DNA of 64,000 nucleotides from a virus: IMG/VR virus record IMGVR_UViG_3300025030_000046, positions 32,001 to 96,000 of that record; one strand, 5' to 3'. Shown piece by piece: positions 47,052 to 57,704 of this stretch (position 1 is its first letter; each line of letters starts with the position of its first letter). The notes under the pieces were generated by a model. It saw only the letters and a program-made list of their open reading frames with translations, ran no database searches and was not told where the DNA came from. The position numbers and the translations under genes were made by a program.

Positions 47052-48641
47052 TTAAGCCAACATTAACAACTTTGAAGCCTCTACTATATAATAATCTTTG
47101 TTGTTCATTACTTTGTTATATGATTGTTCCCCTTCAAATTCATCAACTATTATTCTTTCTTCCTTTGTCATATCTTTATATTTTACATTTCCATAACATG
47201 GAGGCAGCCATCCCTTACGTTGTGAACCATACAAATTAAACTTCTGTAATAAATCTAAGTTTCTAAATTCAATATGACATGTTCCCTTTTTATAAAACGT
47301 CACTAAAAAGTATTTAGTTTCAATTTGTTTTGTTTCCTCATAATGTTCTGCAAATTTTAAAGTTTTCATCAAGTCAATATCTTCTGTTAATCCATTATCA
47401 AGATAATTAAATACTTTTTCAATGTCTGTTAGTTTATTAATAACATTGTAATCCGTTGGCTGATACCTTCCCCATGAATACTGCATATCCCTATAGCCCG
47501 ATAAAGGAATAATTACTTTTTTGTTTATTTTCCATGCTTTATTTGTTTTCCATCCGTTATAAAAATGAATATTGTTTGATGTTTCATTATACCAATGATG
47601 TTTATTAGAAAATTCCTCAAATAAGTTCATTATAGTTGATTCCATACTTTGAATCATGTGTTTATTAAGTTGTATTTTAATAGTGTAAATGTTATATAGT
47701 GAAAAATCATAATCGCATAATTCTTTTACTTTATTGAAATATTCATTTCTTAAATTAGACGTAAACAAGCCCATAAACTTCTCAGAATCAAACAAAGTTT
47801 TCCAATATTTCATTCTAACATTTTTTACATATGAATTATGTATTCCAAGTTCTTGATCGTCTTTTGTATTACAAATCATACTTAAAGAAATTCCCTTGAA
47901 CATTTCAGAATCTAATTTTCGCCATTCTGATATCAATTGTAATCCTGCTTTTACTTCAAAATTATATTGCTCAACTATTGCCTTGATAAAATCTGAATCT
48001 ATAATACTATTACTGTTATATGTTGCTTCCTCTCTATATTGTTCTTGTTTTTTCAGTTCATCTAATATTATGCTATTATTATTCACCTTTTTAATATTAA
48101 TCTTTATTAATGCAATTTCTACAGGTGTTGACCGCTCAGAGTCTATAAAAGAATTATTAATATATTCTATATCTGCATTACACTCTTCTAATTTTCGCTG
48201 TAAATCTTTTCTAGTGCTGTTATATGGATTTTTTAAGGTTTCAGCATTTAATAAGCAAACTATTTGACCGCCATTTTCCTGCATTTTTAGGGCTTTTAGA
48301 AGGTGTTTATCTCCATTGCTGAAAGGTGGATTCATTACAATTAAATCATATTTTTTGTACGTGTTATATGTCAAAAAATCATTGTGTACTATTCTATAGT
48401 TTTTCCCTTGTAAAATGTATTGTAAATTTTGATCAATTTCTATTGTGTCAATATCCCACTTTACATCCTTATTATAACTACTATGTAAATATTTAAATTT
48501 ATCCGCTACCCTTTCAACAATATTCCCTTTTCCCGCTGATGGCTCAAGAACCGAATTTATTAATCTAAAATCTACTAAAGATAACATTTTAGTTATTAAA
48601 TTTGCAGGCGTTGGATAAAAATCTTGATTATCTTTAAACAT
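47052..48641 (-). CDS. SAM-dependent N6-type DNA methyltransferase with DUF4942-like C-terminus
   Basis: DFYPTP, VLEPSAGKG, MNPPF; C-terminal YF..TFYKKGTCHIEF. Confidence 0.85.
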   Translation of the reverse strand: MFKDNQDFYPTPANLITKMLSLVDFRLINSVLEPSAGKGNIVERVADKFKYLHSSYNKDVKWDIDTIEIDQNLQYILQGKNYRIVHNDFLTYNTYKKYDLIVMNPPFSNGDKHLLKALKMQENGGQIVCLLNAETLKNPYNSTRKDLQRKLEECNADIEYINNSFIDSERSTPVEIALIKINIKKVNNNSIILDELKKQEQYREEATYNSNSIIDSDFIKAIVEQYNFEVKAGLQLISEWRKLDSEMFKGISLSMICNTKDDQELGIHNSYVKNVRMKYWKTLFDSEKFMGLFTSNLRNEYFNKVKELCDYDFSLYNIYTIKIQLNKHMIQSMESTIMNLFEEFSNKHHWYNETSNNIHFYNGWKTNKAWKINKKVIIPLSGYRDMQYSWGRYQPTDYNVINKLTDIEKVFNYLDNGLTEDIDLMKTLKFAEHYEETKQIETKYFLVTFYKKGTCHIEFRNLDLLQKFNLYGSQRKGWLPPCYGNVKYKDMTKEERIIVDEFEGEQSYNKVMNNKDYYIVEASKLLMLA

Positions 48642-48730
48642 TTTTTAAACCTCCTGTAGTGGTTTTTTTAGCTTCTGTTATATCTCTTAAAGGTTTTTTA
48701 TTGCAGAACCTTTATAAACTGCCTGTTATA

Positions 48731-50680
48731 TTAAAATGAAGGTTTATAAGTATTTACAACTGGCTTAATTCCTTGTGATCCAAAATGATTCAATATATCA
48801 TCATATTGTTTCTTGTCACAACTTAAATATTTTGTTGTTGATATTGTCATTCCATTTCTTGATTCTACATCATGTAATACAGTTTCAGGAAGTTCAAGCC
48901 ATCCGCTATATACTAAAAGCGTACTATAAAAATGATTGTAATATTGTTTTCGCTTCCCTTGTGGCGTGTAAGTTATTTTTACAGCATTATCGTATTGTGC
49001 ATATTTTGTATAATTAATTTTATCTAATGTAATTCTATTTTCTGCAATACTTCCCCAATCTGATATGTAAAATAATGTTAGCTTTTGACCTTGTTGCAAA
49101 TCTGCATTTTTAAATTGTTCTTGGATTCCGTCAACCTGTGTTAATAATTTATACATTACAATTTTTAAACTTTCGTTATCTTCTGTTATTTGTTGTATAA
49201 TTTCTTTTGATAATTTTATATTATATTTTTTTAATTGTTCTTTCATAAGTTCTTTATATTGTGTCAAGTTGTCAGTATTCCAAGTATTTATAAGGTTATT
49301 CTCTGTTATAATATCCACTGAAATATCTGTTAATACTTCAGCTTTATTTTTATATTCTTGTATTTGTTCGCCTGTTAAACCCTGTTCTGTTATAAATTCT
49401 TTTTGAATTGTTACATTGTCAGTTAATCCAACATATCTGGCGTAAGAATAGCCTTGAGTATCTACAACGAATTTTAATTCATTATTATAATATATTGCTA
49501 TGCCTGATAAGTTGAATATAACCGTTTTTTGTTCTTCTTTGGTCATGTTGTGATAGTCTATCATACTATTAATTCGTTTATCATCCGTAAAACATCCGCC
49601 GCTATTTTGTAAAAATTCAAAGTCATTCAATAACATATTTGAAAAATAGTTTAATGCTTGTTGACTTGTAAAATGTATTTCCCTAGTGACTTTTAAATTA
49701 TTTAAGTAGTAATCACCTTTTAAAACTTCTTCTTGATATTGTTCTAGCGTATTATTTTTATTTAAATTCGCCATTTTAACATTAATAACAAAATATTGCT
49801 TTTTTTCTTCCAGTTCATTAACTGTTATGCTATTATTAATTATTTCAATTTCTTTCTTTTCTTGTTCCGCTCTTATTTTATACTGCTTATTGTCTTCTTC
49901 TTGTTGTTTTTGTCTTTCTTGATATTCTAATTCCCTTCTTTTTTCCTCTTCTTGTGCTTGTGCTTGTAGTTTGTTTCTGAAGTCTGTTATATCATTTTTT
50001 ATTGATTCGGTTTGTTCGGTTTGATTATATTTATAATCAATTGTAACATGTTTATAAAAATGCTTATGGAAATAATCCGTCATTGTGTCCGAGTCATCAA
50101 AATTATAACTACTTAATAAATCATTACAATATTGAATTATTGCATTTAGTTCTTTGTTGTTTTCTTCTTCGTAATCTCTATATTCAATCGGTCTTAATTC
50201 TGGTGAATATTCAAGTTTAGAATTATTATATGGACTTTCTTTAATTGATACATCAATTTTATTATAATCTGAAGTAATAGAAAATTTAATTTCTTGAAAT
50301 CTTTCTTTTAAATGTTTTCTAATAATTACAGCCGTTTCTTTTGTAGAAATTCCAGTGTAATTACTTCCAACATATTTATAATTATATTTTGTTGTGTCTT
50401 CCGTTCCTTCTGTAAATCGTACTCTATCCCATAGAGATAAATTTATTTTTTCTTTCTTTACTACTGGAATTATTGATTCTGTTATTGATTCCGCTTCAAT
50501 TTTTGAAAACTTTTTCGCCTCTGTTAATGTTCTTTCGTTCTGTTTTGCATACCAACATTTTTTAAAATTATGCCACCTATAACCAACATTTTTTAAACTA
50601 TCAATAATATTTTGTATCGGTTTACTATCAAAATATAATTCTATTCCTTTCAATTCATCATTTAATACTATATTAGTCAT
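48731..50680 (-). CDS. Polyvalent-type protein with LPD29-like domain
   Basis: GIELYFDSKP...WH..KKCWYAK N-terminus; KETAVIIRKHLK...KFSITS...YNFDDSDTMTDYF. Confidence 0.7.
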   Translation of the reverse strand: MTNIVLNDELKGIELYFDSKPIQNIIDSLKNVGYRWHNFKKCWYAKQNERTLTEAKKFSKIEAESITESIIPVVKKEKINLSLWDRVRFTEGTEDTTKYNYKYVGSNYTGISTKETAVIIRKHLKERFQEIKFSITSDYNKIDVSIKESPYNNSKLEYSPELRPIEYRDYEEENNKELNAIIQYCNDLLSSYNFDDSDTMTDYFHKHFYKHVTIDYKYNQTEQTESIKNDITDFRNKLQAQAQEEEKRRELEYQERQKQQEEDNKQYKIRAEQEKKEIEIINNSITVNELEEKKQYFVINVKMANLNKNNTLEQYQEEVLKGDYYLNNLKVTREIHFTSQQALNYFSNMLLNDFEFLQNSGGCFTDDKRINSMIDYHNMTKEEQKTVIFNLSGIAIYYNNELKFVVDTQGYSYARYVGLTDNVTIQKEFITEQGLTGEQIQEYKNKAEVLTDISVDIITENNLINTWNTDNLTQYKELMKEQLKKYNIKLSKEIIQQITEDNESLKIVMYKLLTQVDGIQEQFKNADLQQGQKLTLFYISDWGSIAENRITLDKINYTKYAQYDNAVKITYTPQGKRKQYYNHFYSTLLVYSGWLELPETVLHDVESRNGMTISTTKYLSCDKKQYDDILNHFGSQGIKPVVNTYKPSF

Positions 50681-50695
50681 TTCAAACGCCTCCGT

Positions 50696-52501
50696 TTATT
50701 TTAAAACATTTCTAATTATTGCAGCCCTTTGCCAAGTTAGTTTATTTTTCATCCATAAATAGAATGTTATGTAGTCTATTCCTATTTTTTCAGCAACTTG
50801 AAACCATGTTAAATTTTTTAGCTTTATTTCTTTTTCAATTTCATTATTTGGATACATTTTATTACCTCCTAAAATCCATATCAAAGTTATATTTTATTAA
50901 AAATTGGATATTTTTGTTCAATTACATTGCTGAGTATTTTTGAATATTTCGCATTGTGGAAAATTGCTGTGCATACTGTTATAAACCTTGCTTGATTTTC
51001 TGAAAATGCATTACCATTGTTTAATTTGTTATCAAATAAACTTGATAACCACACTTTATTTGAATCAATTCTTGTATATTTCTCTTTTTTAGGTAGTAAT
51101 AAATGCCAGTTATTTTTGATTACGTCCGAATAAACCATTTTTTCCCCACTCTCCTTATCTGTTATTTGTTATACTGCTAATAATTCATTTAATATTTTTA
51201 GATCTGAATTATCCCAATTTAGCTCGATATGGTTTAATATATATGGTTTGTATGTTTCAATATTATTCTTAATTGTATCAAGATAACCGCTATTATTTTG
51301 TCGTGGGATAATTCTATTTTCATTTATAAAAAACATATCAAATAAGTTGTAAATAACCGCTATACCATCATTATTATATTTTGTTTGTATTTCTTTTTTA
51401 ATAGATTCTATTTTATCCCTATATGTTTTTATTTCTTCTTGTTTTTTGGTTTCTTCTTGTTGCTTTATGCCTCTGTTATAGTAAATCTCAATTGTAGTTG
51501 TGTTCATGTTAATAAAAAATTTATCAAGAAATAATTTTTTCCAATATATGTCGCAAGTTTCGTTATGCAAATAAAATAATATTTTTTCAACATAATTTAC
51601 TATAGATACATATTCCTTTTTATCATACGCCATATGTATATTATTAGCCTCATATATAATACTATTATTGTCTGTATTTACTATTTTAATATCTGTTATA
51701 ATGTCATATGTTTCATTTAATGTACTGTTATATTCTGCAACTTTTGCAATAATTCTATAATTATATTCCTCATATATCCCTATAAATTTATTATCATGCA
51801 ATGTTTTAGTAATCATATTGATAAAATCTCCTTTTCATCAAATTTGTTATACTGCAAAGAATAAATACGACCTGTTATACTATATTATATGTTTTATATT
51901 TTGCTTTTATAACTGCCAGAAATTTCTATTTGTTAAATATAAACATATAATATTAATTAATATTGATTCTATAAAAATATATGCTATAATATTCTTGAAT
52001 ACTTTTAAAAGCTTTTTGCTTTTTGGCTTGTTATAATTTACAGGATTATAGCAAGTTTTTTCTATTAATGCATATATAGTCATTAGTTTTTTATTCTCCT
52101 TTCGTTGGTATCTTTTTACGGCTTGTGTGGTTTATTCCTTGCAATTTTTACGTTCTATGGATTGCATAATTTTATATTTTGCTTTATGCAATCTAACAAC
52201 ATAAAAATGTAATTTTATACACATTCGCCAGACTCAAGTATATCAAATCCAGTTTCTACCATAAAATTGCTTCTGCTCTTTAAAATTATTTATTTATTAA
52301 AAAAATTGCAGTATCCTTTACTTCAAATTCATAATTAAAAATTACATTATTCTTATAATTAATAACAAAAGTAGCCATTTTACCATAATAACTTTTTATG
52401 GAACTAGCTGGAATTTTATAGCCCTTATTAATTGCAAATTGTATCATATTGTCATTAATGCAATTTATGTGTAATTTTTTTGACACCATTAATTCAGTCA
52501 T
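50696..52501 (-). other. Small hypothetical ORFs, including an HTH protein (50696-50857) and a 215-aa ORF (51169-51816)
   Basis: QVAEKIGIDYITFY HTH-like motif; ORF track. Confidence 0.6.
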
Positions 52502-52568
52502 TTTTCATTCCTCCAATTATTTAATATAAAATGTCAATTTGATTATGTATTACTTAACCTTATAACTA

Positions 52569-52614
52569 ATTATAACATAGCTATTTTAATATTGCAATAC
52601 TAATTTTATATTTT
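52569..52614 (-). promoter_or_regulatory. Sigma-A promoter heading the long minus-strand gene array
   Basis: AAAATATAAAA-TTAGTA-TTGCAA-17-TATAAT. Confidence 0.7.
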
Positions 52615-54233
52615 ATATCTATAATATTAATATGCAATTGATTGATATATTATTCATATTAATTCATTTAATACAATGGTATTTGGAGGCTGTGAGAGGC
52701 TTATGGTTAGACTTTTATTGTGTTTATAGTTAAGTATGTATCTATTGCATATTTATTGATTTATAATAGTGTTTTTAAGGGATAAATTTTACCAGTTATT
52801 AATTGTTAACTTTATATTAACTATATATTGATTATATGAGATTCTTAATATTATAGTCGTTGTATATTAAAGGAATGGAATATTCCAGAATGTGAATGTA
52901 TTCTAATTATTTAGTTATGATAATATAACTATTATATTTATATAAGTATTAGAAAACAGTTGGCAAAAATGATAGTTTAGGCAATAAAGTTATTCGCTGA
53001 AGAGTCTTTGAAAGTGTAAAGCTTAATAGCTTGACATATAAATTGGCGATTAATTCAGCACGAACATGTGTTTCATATTAATTATATTAATATCGTTATT
53101 AATTTTATTAATTTTTAGTTTATATTTATTGATTTATTTAAGTTGTATATTAATATTGTTAATGTTTGTATTGATTATATTAATAATGGTTATGTTTTCA
53201 TAACTATATTTTAGGAAGTGTTCATCAAAATTTCCCTTGTTATGCCGAATTTATCGTTTATCGATATATTACATTATCTTAATATGTTTATGATAATAGC
53301 AGATTGAGCATACAAACAATTGCCAATAATTCCCATGTATAAATATTCAGCAAATTGCATATACTAATATATTAATAATATCTAAGTTGTTTCAATTCCT
53401 CACACAATTCATTCTATTAATACCAATGTTTGCTACAAGTGTATTTGTAGACAACTTTTAAAAGCCTTGATGCTGTAAGGTGGGCGGGTAGTTTACATCA
53501 AAAACACTTTTATTTCCAGCAGATTCCAGCCAAGCACATCTCCCCACACACTCAACTCAAATTTCCAATTATATTCCTCCAAAATAATTTTCAAATTATC
53601 CTAAAAATAAATTTACCAATTTAAATTTTCAACTAATTCAATTTATACCCTAAAATCCACCTTTTTTACTCGTAACCTCTATCGATAAAACTCACTCATA
53701 CCAATACTTACAGCCATTTCAAAATACACTAAAAACGCCTATTTTATATTTAATCCACCTAAAACCCTACTCCCACACTACCTGAACGATATCACCACAT
53801 TTTTCATATATTTATCTATTATTGGTGAATTAATTTTAGCTAAAAATCACCTTCAACCGCTACAGTATCTAAGCTTATATACTTATTTAATAAATTTTTG
53901 ACGATAGGCAAAAAAATGCCCACACTATAATCTATTTCTAAATTATAATATGGGCTTGGATTTGGATTGGGAGGTTTATTATTTTGTGGAGAATTAAATT
54001 AGCAAATATTTAATAATAAAAAATAACCTACAAATTTCCAATAAGTAGGCTAAGATTTGCAACAGTTTTTGGTGATTTAATTTTATATTTTATGTCTAAA
54101 ATACTATTCTTCTCTATATAATTTTTCTTTTAAGGGGTACATACCTCAAACCCTTGGTATCACTAGGTTTGATTTTCGATTTAGAACATCCGATGTGCTA
54201 AACTTTATTTTTAGCCATTTATAACTATAGTTT

Positions 54234-55454
54234 TTACTGTTCGTTATCTAACCAATTTAGTAATAAATCTCTCATCCTTTTGCTAGGTATATAGATATTA
54301 ATTTTCTCATTATTTCTAATTGCAGATCTCCAAATCCATTGCAGCATTTCACTAAGTGCAAAATTTTCTTCCTCTACTGATACTCCCTTATCTATAAAGA
54401 ATTGTTTTATAATTGGATTTAAAAATATGTTAGTGCAATATGCTAATTTACATTTGCTACTATACTCATTAGTTGCTCTGGCATTAACAGCCACAAATCC
54501 CTTAGTATATCCTCTACCAGATAATTTCTTCTTAGATGATTTAAATGAAGTCCACATATTTTCATTAGATTTACCTTTAACCTTATTTTTAAAATAATTA
54601 ATTATATTATTTTTTAGTGTTATTATTAATTCTGAATTAGCTGGCTTTTCAAACCAAGTGGAACTTAGACAAAAATAATTATCTCCTATTTTATTTATCG
54701 GATCATCCAATAATACATTAATATTATTTTTTATATTAGTCTTATCATATGGGTCTCTATCTTCCCAATTAACTAAAATATATTTGTCTTTAGTAGTACA
54801 GGTAACATCCTTTTGAACACAGTAATATTCATATTCAACATTATGCAAATCATAATAATACTTTTGAATTTGTGCAGAGAACATATATGTCAATACGTAA
54901 GCTTCTTTAAAACTATTAAATACACTAACTGGAAAGTTCCACATAAGCAATGTATTATTAATAATCATTAGTGTTTTATTTAATGCCATAGTTTTAATAT
55001 CATTATATTTACCATCATAATTCATATGTTTTGGATTCCAAATTAAAAATCCATTTTCTACAGTAGCTAATTTTAAACTTAATATACTTGGTAAATCATC
55101 TTTTCTTAGTGGTAGCTGCTCTATCACATCAACTACTTCATCAAGTATTAATATGTAATCATTACTTCTTAAAAGCTCCAAAGTCACTTCGTTAGCCATT
55201 CTAAATAAAGCATGTGTACTGGCTATGTTTTTACCATCTTTTAATAAATTATGCAGACTATCTAATTTTCCTGATCCAATATCGTATGGTTCAGTGAATC
55301 TTCTGTTATTACAATTTTGTTTAATTCTTTGTACCTCTGATAAGAACGGTGTAATATAAATATAATTACTTACTACATCTTGTTTTATCATCTGAATAGC
55401 CATAGATGTTTTACCTGCCCCCATAATTGCATCTACTATTTTTATTTTAGGCAT
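54234..55454 (-). CDS. P-loop SF2-helicase-like protein
   Basis: DAIMGAGKTS Walker A; ILDEV Walker B; QWIWRSAIR motif VI-like. Confidence 0.75.
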   Translation of the reverse strand: MPKIKIVDAIMGAGKTSMAIQMIKQDVVSNYIYITPFLSEVQRIKQNCNNRRFTEPYDIGSGKLDSLHNLLKDGKNIASTHALFRMANEVTLELLRSNDYILILDEVVDVIEQLPLRKDDLPSILSLKLATVENGFLIWNPKHMNYDGKYNDIKTMALNKTLMIINNTLLMWNFPVSVFNSFKEAYVLTYMFSAQIQKYYYDLHNVEYEYYCVQKDVTCTTKDKYILVNWEDRDPYDKTNIKNNINVLLDDPINKIGDNYFCLSSTWFEKPANSELIITLKNNIINYFKNKVKGKSNENMWTSFKSSKKKLSGRGYTKGFVAVNARATNEYSSKCKLAYCTNIFLNPIIKQFFIDKGVSVEEENFALSEMLQWIWRSAIRNNEKINIYIPSKRMRDLLLNWLDNEQ

Positions 55455-55482
55455 ATACTTTCCTTTCGTATTATTTTATATT

Positions 55483-56127
55483 TTAGTTTATTATGCTTTT
55501 AGTTATTACCCAATATCTTTTACCTCTATATTTACCAGCAGTTTCTTGTATTGATTTAATATTATAATATATTTTATTATTCTTAAAATAACTATTTATT
55601 ACATTAATTCCAAACTTGCCATTTCTATGATTATCTACTTTTATTGGGAGATTATTTAATAATTTTTTTAATTCTTTCTGTTCATTTTTAAATAGTTTTT
55701 TATTTAAAAACGTTACAACACCTTTATTAATCATATGTCTAGCTTTCTCAGCATTAATTAATTTTTTGTAATCATGTAGGCTTTTCTTTTGTTCATTTTT
55801 ATTATGTAAGTCTTGGTGGCAGTCTTCACATAATGTAGTTGCATCTACCTCTAAAATATGCTTCCCCATTATTAATGCTTTTATATTTTTCATTTCTTCA
55901 ATAGTATAATCTTTAGTATCTTTGCATTCTAAGTTTAACGCTTTTAATGATTCTGTTAAAATTTCTATGAACTGTTGCTCATGATGAACCTCCAAGCTAT
56001 CATCTGAGTCGCAAATTTCGCACATAGGCTTTTTAACCTTAGGTGTCCATAGGTTGTTTAATATAGTTCTCATATATGATCTTAAATCCAATATTATATT
56101 CCTTTCCACGTAAGTATTATCTATCAC
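55483..56127 (-). CDS. HNH-like zinc-binding endonuclease domain protein
   Basis: CEIC...LEVHH...TLCEDCH..LH. Confidence 0.7.
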   Translation of the reverse strand: MIDNTYVERNIILDLRSYMRTILNNLWTPKVKKPMCEICDSDDSLEVHHEQQFIEILTESLKALNLECKDTKDYTIEEMKNIKALIMGKHILEVDATTLCEDCHQDLHNKNEQKKSLHDYKKLINAEKARHMINKGVVTFLNKKLFKNEQKELKKLLNNLPIKVDNHRNGKFGINVINSYFKNNKIYYNIKSIQETAGKYRGKRYWVITKSIIN

Positions 56128-56128
56128 T

Positions 56129-56176
56129 CTAAATCATACAGGATTAATATTTATTTGTCAACATATTTTATATTTT
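56129..56176 (-). promoter_or_regulatory. Sigma-A promoter with upstream AAAATATAAAA box
   Basis: AAAATATAAAA-atatg-TTGACA-17-TATGAT. Confidence 0.65.
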
Positions 56177-56256
56177 AGTTAATTAAAACGCTACGTTTCT
56201 ATGCAAAACCCACAGAAACTTGACTAAACCTTGGATAAATCTCGAATAATCATCAA

Positions 56257-57336
56257 TTACTTCCCGATTTTATCCAATATATTTATAAAAACCCCAATAT
56301 CGCATTTTTTTATAGCTGCAAGCAAATCTTCTTTGCTATAATTATCTAATAAGCTTAAATCTACATCTTCATCCATAATGTAACTCAATTGACTAGTATA
56401 ACTTTTATCACCCTCTGCGTATGTTTTTATTGTTAAGCTTGGATCGCTGTGATGTCCTTGTTTTTGTGTTTTCTTAACATCTTTACTTATTTTCCAAGCC
56501 ATATTACACGAGCTTTTTTTAAGAGAATGTATTCCTATTTTTCTTTCTTCTCTATCAATATTGTATTGTTCACAAAACTTATCTAGTATTCCATATAGGT
56601 AAGTATCACTTACATCAAATATACGTTTTTTATTATCATCATCTTTTTTTAGTTGTAATAATTTTTCATAAAATTGATCGCTTATAGCTGTAGGATCTTT
56701 TTTTTCACCTTTATCTACTACTCTTATAATCCAAACCATTTTTCCAGTTTCAATATCTTCTTCTCTTTTGATATCTTTCCATAACATATCTAATACTGCG
56801 GATTTTCTAATTCCAGTAACATAGCAAGCTTGGAAATACAATGACGCAATTAATCCCTTGCCCCTGTAGGTATAAGTTTCCGAAAAACTATATAAATCTT
56901 TTCTTTCTTGATTTGAAAATGGAGAATAGCTTTCTGGGTTATCTTTAAGAGATTTCATGTAGAAAATATTTGGATCTATTTCATTATTTTTTGTACGTAG
57001 ATATTTGAATAGTGATCTTAATCCTCCTATTTTAGAGTTAATTGTACCATTAGAATTTTTTACTTTCCCAATCTTTTTACTTTCTTTTGTTGATAAGTAT
57101 GTAACAAATAGCTCTACGTCATCACTGCTTAATTTTTTTAAATCATCCCATGTTAATATGCTTAAATCTTTTCCTGTGGTGTATTCAAAGAATTCTTTAA
57201 TGTAGCCTTTGTAGCTTGATTTTGTACAATCACTTTCTTGTTTATCTAAAAACATATTAATGTAGCTATATACAGAATTATTTTTGAATCCTATAACCAT
57301 TGCTCTTGACACTTTCATTTCTTCTAACTGTGTCAT
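56257..57336 (-). CDS. Tyrosine recombinase/integrase
   Basis: SAM-like N-domain; TGIR, DKG, HSLK (HxxK variant), GHHS, KTY catalytic set. Confidence 0.9.
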   Translation of the reverse strand: MTQLEEMKVSRAMVIGFKNNSVYSYINMFLDKQESDCTKSSYKGYIKEFFEYTTGKDLSILTWDDLKKLSSDDVELFVTYLSTKESKKIGKVKNSNGTINSKIGGLRSLFKYLRTKNNEIDPNIFYMKSLKDNPESYSPFSNQERKDLYSFSETYTYRGKGLIASLYFQACYVTGIRKSAVLDMLWKDIKREEDIETGKMVWIIRVVDKGEKKDPTAISDQFYEKLLQLKKDDDNKKRIFDVSDTYLYGILDKFCEQYNIDREERKIGIHSLKKSSCNMAWKISKDVKKTQKQGHHSDPSLTIKTYAEGDKSYTSQLSYIMDEDVDLSLLDNYSKEDLLAAIKKCDIGVFINILDKIGK

Positions 57337-57704
57337 AATTATTTCCTCCAATATATTTTATTTGGTAAACTTTTATATGTAATCTTATTCACAAATTAAT
57401 TGTAGCAAACTTCCAAATAATAGTCAATACATAAATGTGAAATATTTATAGAAAAGGGAATGCCTCGCAGCACTCCTCTTACTTTTTCTCTGATTCATCC
57501 TTCATTAATTTATAGTAATCATTAATTACCTTATCTAACATGTCGTTTATCTTCTTTGTTCTATATGCATCTAAGCCCTCAACTTCTATTAATTTGTATA
57601 GTTCAGTCCTTAATTCGTCTATTTTCTTAATTATTTCTTCGATTTTGTTCACCTTTTGTCACCTCCAGAGTTATTTTGTCCAATAATTAAAATTCAATAA
57701 AGTA

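Noticed and set aside
787-57205. Numerous plus-strand ORFs of 60-125 aa overlapping minus-strand genes
   Set aside because: Antisense shadows rich in F/L/S/I, with no RBS, overlapping well-supported genes
5759-57336. Classical integron (IntI + attC)
   Set aside because: No RYYYAAC...GTTRRRY attC hairpins at junctions; sites are only 18 bp; reported instead as a possible analogue
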